Shown here: positions 58,631-64,000 of the stretch, in pieces
Layout: every line of letters begins with the position of its first letter
Numbering within the stretch: the first letter of the stretch is position 1
NCBI GenBank assembly: GCA_027923505.1
Contig: BROI01000015.1
Coordinates: 434,001-498,000, forward strand
Direction of reading: 5' to 3'
From: Mayamaea pseudoterrestris
Lineage: Eukaryota
Length of the DNA: 64,000 nucleotides
Notes under the pieces: model-generated
Told to the model about the DNA's origin: nothing
The model's input: the letters and a program-made list of their open reading frames with translations, nothing else
Databases searched by the model: none
Made by a program: the position numbers and the translations under genes

Positions 58631-59359
58631 TTACGCCGCTGCGGCCAAAGTATAGGGAGACGGACTCGGACAGATGCCTCCTGATTCCTTCAATGCCATT
58701 CGCAGCATTTGCATCTTTTCATGACACTCTTTCAGTCCTTCTCCAAAGCCGCCTTCTCCGTAGCAAAACTGGAGTGCTCCAAGAACAACCATTGCAGTGC
58801 TTACAGTCCCCGAAGTAATATTGACGGTTCTGCTCAGAAGAGTATTGGCCATGGTAAGCAGTCGAACTGCTGCTTGGATTTCACCAAGTCCAATGCGCGC
58901 GAGAGCCAGATTATGTACAAAAACGGCGCTGGTGTAGCTCATGTCTTCGTGGCATTCAAGGCGAAAGGCGAGGAGCGATATTTGGCAAAAGATATCGAGA
59001 CGGCCAAGTCTTGTCAAGCAATCTTCACTCGAAATGATATGAATCCAGTGCGATGGTGGTTCGTTTGCTTTAAGCTTCGGGGCTTGGAGAAGGTATGTCT
59101 GCGCTCTTCCAAGCTTGCGCTTTAGAATGCGATGAAGAGCTTCGTCAGGAACAACACGACGAGAGCTTTTGAGAATATGTATTGCGTCTTCAAGAACTTC
59201 ATTTGCTTCTTTGAAGCAGCCCAAAGCAAGGAGCTGAACTCCTCGATTGTTTAGGCAAAGGCTCGCTCGGATGACCGTGTCCGTGTAGGATGCGGAAGTC
59301 ATCAAGACGCTTTCATCGATGGGCCGGGCGGCTGCAGCTGCTATCGTTGAGTTGCACAT
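58631..59359 (-). CDS. TPR-like helical hypothetical protein
   Basis: LNNRGVQLL..EA..L.DAI and VHNLALARI motifs; ends LAAAA; similar layout to 45604-46353. Confidence 0.7.
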   Translation of the reverse strand: MCNSTIAAAAARPIDESVLMTSASYTDTVIRASLCLNNRGVQLLALGCFKEANEVLEDAIHILKSSRRVVPDEALHRILKRKLGRAQTYLLQAPKLKANEPPSHWIHIISSEDCLTRLGRLDIFCQISLLAFRLECHEDMSYTSAVFVHNLALARIGLGEIQAAVRLLTMANTLLSRTVNITSGTVSTAMVVLGALQFCYGEGGFGEGLKECHEKMQMLRMALKESGGICPSPSPYTLAAAA

Positions 59360-59839
59360 GATGTGAGTTGTTGCTTGATTGGTTGATTGCGACTATGCTT
59401 TGTTGAAAGTGTGTGCACGGTACAATGGAAAGAGATTCATTGATTCATGGCCTCCATCGGCGTCCAAGTCGTGACGGGAAATGAAGGATGTCACTCTTCT
59501 CGTTGCATCATCCAAAACGTCAGTCCAAATCTCGTCAGCAGTTATGCACGCATTCAAGGCAATTGTATTGTTAAGGATGTATCCCAAATAGCATGGCGTC
59601 CTTGAAGCAGGCCGTATTGCCTCCTTATCATTCTTGAAGGTTGTTTGAATCATGCTTGAAGAAAGTGCCACCACTGACTCGGAAAATGCTGCTGACGAAG
59701 AGCATAGTTTTCAGTGCCGCTTCGCGTCTTAGCGGCAACAACAAATCGCACGACGAGACCATGGGACGCATCGCGTCGTCATCGTCATGCTGGTTGCTTC
59801 CACTGTTCCAATTTCGTCGTTCCTTTTCTTACATCAATC

Positions 59840-60749
59840 ATGAGCAGCGCTACGAATGTTAACCGCAAACGAAGTCGCTGGGACAACGACAGAGAAAAAG
59901 TAGTGGCACCGTCACACGCGTCAATTCCAGACGACGCTGCCATTCAGGCCCTGATGAACGAAGCGCAAGCTCGACAGGTTGAGCGAGACAGAAATCAGCA
60001 GAATGAACGAGTAGAAAACAAGAAACGACACGACCTAGTCGCTCATCAAAGGAAATCACGCGATACAACAGATAAGAGTGGAAAGCAAGGCGAAGACTCG
60101 TATTATGGACCAGCGTCTCTCACAACAAACGATAATGGCGGAGACGAGGAAGCAGTGGTCGAGAAAGAAAGGCCGAACTTTGGCATATCAGGAGCATTGG
60201 CAAAGGATGCCAAGGCTGGAAACATGTACCGAGGAGTGTTACTCAAATTTCAGGAACCTCCCGAGGCTCGAGCACCCAACACGCTGTGGGTACGTTCGTC
60301 GTTCGTCATTCGTTGGCATGCGTGCAACTGATCTTGGCCTGTGTATATTTGTGTGTCAACTCATACACTCGTGATGTTTTCTCTTTCTTCGCTTCATCCA
60401 GCGTCTCTACGCTTACAAGGGCGACGAATTGCTCGAGACACTGCATATCAGTCGACAGTCGGCATATCTCCTGGGACGCAACGCGGACATTGCCGACATT
60501 CCCTTGCTGCATCCGTCATGCAGCTCACAACATGCCGTCATACAGTTTCGAGCCATTATTGATCCAAGCACCGGAAAGACTAATACGCAACCGTATCTTA
60601 TGGACTTGGAGTCATCGAATGGTACCACGCTAAATGGCGTGCCGTTGGATGGTGCTCGGTATTACCAGCTGAAGAAGGGCGACGTTATGCGATTTGGTGC
60701 GTCGACGAGGGAGTATGTCCTATTGACGGCAGCCACTAAGAAAATATAG
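59840..60749 (+). CDS. SNIP1: FHA-domain protein SNIP1/DAWDLE/Pml1, 2 exons
   Basis: Intron 60290-60401. EKERPNFGISGALAKD, LKFQEPPEAR.P..W|RLY.YK, AYLLGR..HPSCSSQHAVIQFR, PYLMDLESSNGT and FGASTREYVLL. Confidence 0.93.
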
Positions 60750-60940
60750 CTGCGCATGTACATGTATATTGATAAGGAATACAAGTTCGAGGGACATTCG
60801 TTGCCGATGATGCAACAACAACAGAGAGCCGCATCGCTAAGGTTGAGCTTGGCGCCCCTTGATATAATAAACATTAATAAAGAGAGTTTAACTTGAGCTG
60901 CTGCTTAGTATTGCGTCTGATTTTCTATAACTAGTTCGAG

Positions 60941-62537
60941 TCAAGCGTCGCCCCAGGCTTTCAAGCGCCCAGGATCTATCGCTTCCAAGCTGGCTCTCAA
61001 GAAAGTCTCCACTTGCCGCATGGATGCCCGCTCCGTCTGGTTTTGCACATGACACATAATCATGGCTTGCTTGATCGCTTTAATAGCTGGGTCAGTGCTG
61101 TTCCAAACATCCGCATACACGGATGGGCGATGCCCACTTTTGACTTGATGGCGGGCCGTCTTGGATCTCACGTCTTGAAAGGGGAACTCTTTCTGTAGTA
61201 GTGTATACAAGACGTTTCCAAAGCTATACACATCCACCTTTTCCGATTGTGCTTCATAAGCGTATTCTTCTGGTGATCGATTCTTGCCAGGATTCTTTGC
61301 GACAAAGTAGAAACAGTTGGTGTCGGTCGTTACGTTTCGAAGAAGAAAGCGAGCGCGGTTAAAGTCATTTAGCTTGTAAACGCCGTCAATGAGAATATAC
61401 TGATTTCCAGCAATGTCTGTGTGTGCAATGGTTGCTCGATCCTCAAAGTCAACCGTATGAGCATCCGCTAGTCCCATGGCTGCTTGCGTTGCTGTAATAG
61501 TAAGACGATATTGAGTGAGAACCACACGCACCCATTCCTACAAACAATGTAGCCGTGAGCTCATGACACTCACCAATTTGCAGTTTCCGCACACTAGTCA
61601 CATTCTCCTCGGACCAAATTACTTTATTAATGTCTCCGCCGTTTGAAAACTCGAAAAAGGCTGACGTGGAGCAGTAGCCATAGACATCGACGACATGCTT
61701 ACTCGACGTGAGTCGCTCCAGCGCCATGGCGTCCCTGCGGTTGCGTTCAACGTTGCGGGCCGTGTAGTCGTGGTCGTATCGCAGTGTTTTTATGACGCGT
61801 CGCTGAAAGTCATAATCGGGAACCACCCAAACGTCGCGCCAAAAGCCATTGTTCACCATGCGGATCAAATCGTATATTACTTCATTGCCGGCGACTCGAT
61901 GATGAAAGGGACCCGCTAGCGAAAGCTCATGAATCGAGTTGCAGGTTGGATACTGTTGCGTTTGCCAAGCTGCATTAGGTTTACACTCGTCAGTTTCCAT
62001 GGGATCGGCGCGTCCACTCCGATAGTCGCTGCTGCTCGCCTCGTGGTCAGTGTTGGACATTGGGTAGGCGATTCGTCGGTTTCGTCGCGACGTCTGTTTT
62101 TGTTCCACTACCGTGTCATTTCTTCGTGTCGCGATTGCGTCTATATATTGTAAGACGCGTGGAAACCAGTATATATCTTGTAATTGCTTCCGAGAAGGCA
62201 TAACTGGTAGCGAAATGGATGACTTCGTTTGCCTCGAATCAACCTCATTGAGCGACAAGCTTTGACGGCGAATTGCCAAGTACATTGAAACTCCAGCATG
62301 CCAGCGATATGAGAAATAGCCGACCATCATCATGGCAAGTATAAGGGCAGATTTTGCTGACAAGAAAGACAGTCGACCCTTTGCTGTTGGTTGTTGCCGC
62401 GCTGACGACGAGCCGTGATGCATTTCCAGCCGATCAGAATCGTCGTCGTGTCTGTCGCGTACTCTCTTTCTCATTGTCACAGCAAACATTTCATTCACAG
62501 TCAACAAATTCTGGTATGCGTATATGCTCAAAAACAA
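60941..62537 (-). CDS. Type II membrane protein kinase-like protein (lumenal kinase domain), 2 exons
   Basis: Intron 61492-61573. TM segment SALILAMMMVGYFSY; NGFWRDVW, VIKT, AHTDIAGNQY, KLNDFNRA, RSPEEY and KVDVYSFG motifs. Start is uncertain (several Met codons). Confidence 0.8.
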
Positions 62538-63116
62538 TCAAGTCAAGGAGGAAGTGTCGATGCATGATATCATCCCAGCAGAAGACAAGTGCACACGGTC
62601 GTCCATGGTGGCGCGCGCCATCGCGGACGGTTGGTAACCGGTCAGACATCAGTCATAACCGGTGCGAATCGAGCTAACTTCACAAAGGAACCACCGGTTT
62701 GTGTATGCAAAATATTTATTAGTCGCTGACCAAAACTTAAAACAATGTTTTGGTTTCTCATTACCCATTGCCAGAACCGCCTTCGCTGTCCGAGCCCTAT
62801 GTTTTTGCTCTGTTCGACAAGTCGACTTCCTACGTACTTTACCAGCTTTAGTCTGCGTGCAGAAGATATTCTGGTGCGCCCTCTGTGGAGCCAGCCAATG
62901 CTGCTGTTACCAAAGCATATCTTCGATGTAACGTATTCAATGAGATGGGGCGCCTGTAGGACACGCATAAGGTACGCCGCAGCCATGGCTTTAAAAATAT
63001 CCTACCGGCAGTTTGTATAAGAATGAAACGGAACAAAACAATACAGAAAAGTCTATATAGCGTCTACAGCTTGTCTTTGCACATCAAGATTGTGGCATTC
63101 ACTGATTCAGGTAAAT

Positions 63117-64000
63117 CTACTTGCGCACCGGCTGGCCCTTCCTCCACTCGCCTTGGTGGCGCAAGGTACCATCCGGCCGAACCTCCTTGCCATAACCATC
63201 CATCTCGCCATACACCCAGTTGCCCTCATACCAGCCACCATCGCTCCATGACATTTTGCCGTAACCGTAAAACTCACCCTCACGAAATTCGCCTTCGTAT
63301 ACACTATGATCAGTAAAGACGCACCGACCTTTGCCGTGCCTCATTCCATCGACCCAGCTGCCAGTGTATGTTGATCCATCCTGGTACGTCATCTTGCCTT
63401 CAATCATTTGGCCGTTAATGTACTCGCCTTCAAAGACACGACCATCGGCAAACTTCATGATACCGCGTCCGTGCTTGTGATCGTTCTTTAGGCCTCCTTC
63501 GTAATAGTCACCATCACCATTAGACAATCGGCCATGGCCGGTCCATCGACCATGCTTCCAGTCGCCTGCACAAAAGCAAAATATAACAAGAAGTAAGCAT
63601 CAAAGTATACAGTTTATCGTATCTGGCAAGAAACATCGTGACAGACTCACCTTCATACCAGCGACCAGCTCGATCATATTCCAGCCGTCCATATCCATGA
63701 GGCATGTTTGTTGCGTTACTGATTGATCCTGTATACGTCCCTTGTTCGCCGTAGGGATCGGTAACGACGAGGGCTTGGACAGGGTACGTCCCCGCGCCGA
63801 CTGAGCTGGAATGATCTGTGCCATTCTCTACCTTATTGCCATTGCTCTTGCCATCCCATGAAACAGACTTGTTATCGGAGGACCCACCTTTGGAGAGATG
63901 GTTAGCTAATGACGAGCGCCGCTTTTGCTTGCCGATGGGTCCGCTGGATGGAGTATTGCTCGACTGCGCCGACGACTGCCCCATGCTGCTCCGTCGCGAC
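63117..64000 (-). CDS. MORN-repeat protein, probably 5'-truncated
   Basis: Intron 63566-63650. Repeated YxGxWxxGxxHGxG units; frame is open to the window edge. Confidence 0.88.

Noticed and set aside
62642..63036. Short ORFs between the kinase and MORN genes
   Set aside because: Several overlapping short frames on both strands with no recognisable features.
1..64000. Numerous antisense and alternative-frame ORFs; rRNA/tRNA genes
   Set aside because: The ORFs are shadows of the real CDSs, as expected at roughly 50% GC. No tRNA cloverleaf or rRNA signature was recognised by eye.

Overview
Gene-dense eukaryotic nuclear DNA with short GT-AG introns (about 65-150 nt), almost certainly from a diatom. 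The evidence is frustulin-type acidic Cys-rich domains, bipartite signal-peptide+Phe plastid presequences, and families I recognise as expanded in diatoms (LRR, helicase-associated, sulfotransferase-like). Recognisable genes: PP4R3/SMEK (5'-truncated), MIF-like tautomerase, three LRR proteins, an amino-acid permease, eIF2-gamma, a cytidine-deaminase-domain protein, Pat1, a pseudokinase, plastid HU, a sulfotransferase-like protein, pyruvate carboxylase, two HA-domain genes, a plastid HAD hydrolase, a CRAL-TRIO-bZIP fusion, a PX-domain protein, SNIP1/DDL, a type II membrane kinase and a MORN protein (5'-truncated). Reading splice sites by hand joins several split ORFs. Main candidates for new biology: (1) a ~2100-aa secreted frustulin/12-Cys-repeat/LRR chimera; (2) a cytidine deaminase fused to a possible CARF-like Rossmann module; (3) a Sec14/CRAL-TRIO-bZIP candidate ligand-sensing transcription factor; (4) a 42-bp phased TGACGT tandem array in a divergent promoter; (5) a 971-bp element with perfect 35-bp inverted ends and no target-site duplication; (6) a hidden six-exon orphan gene. 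All family calls are from motif recognition only; no searches were run.
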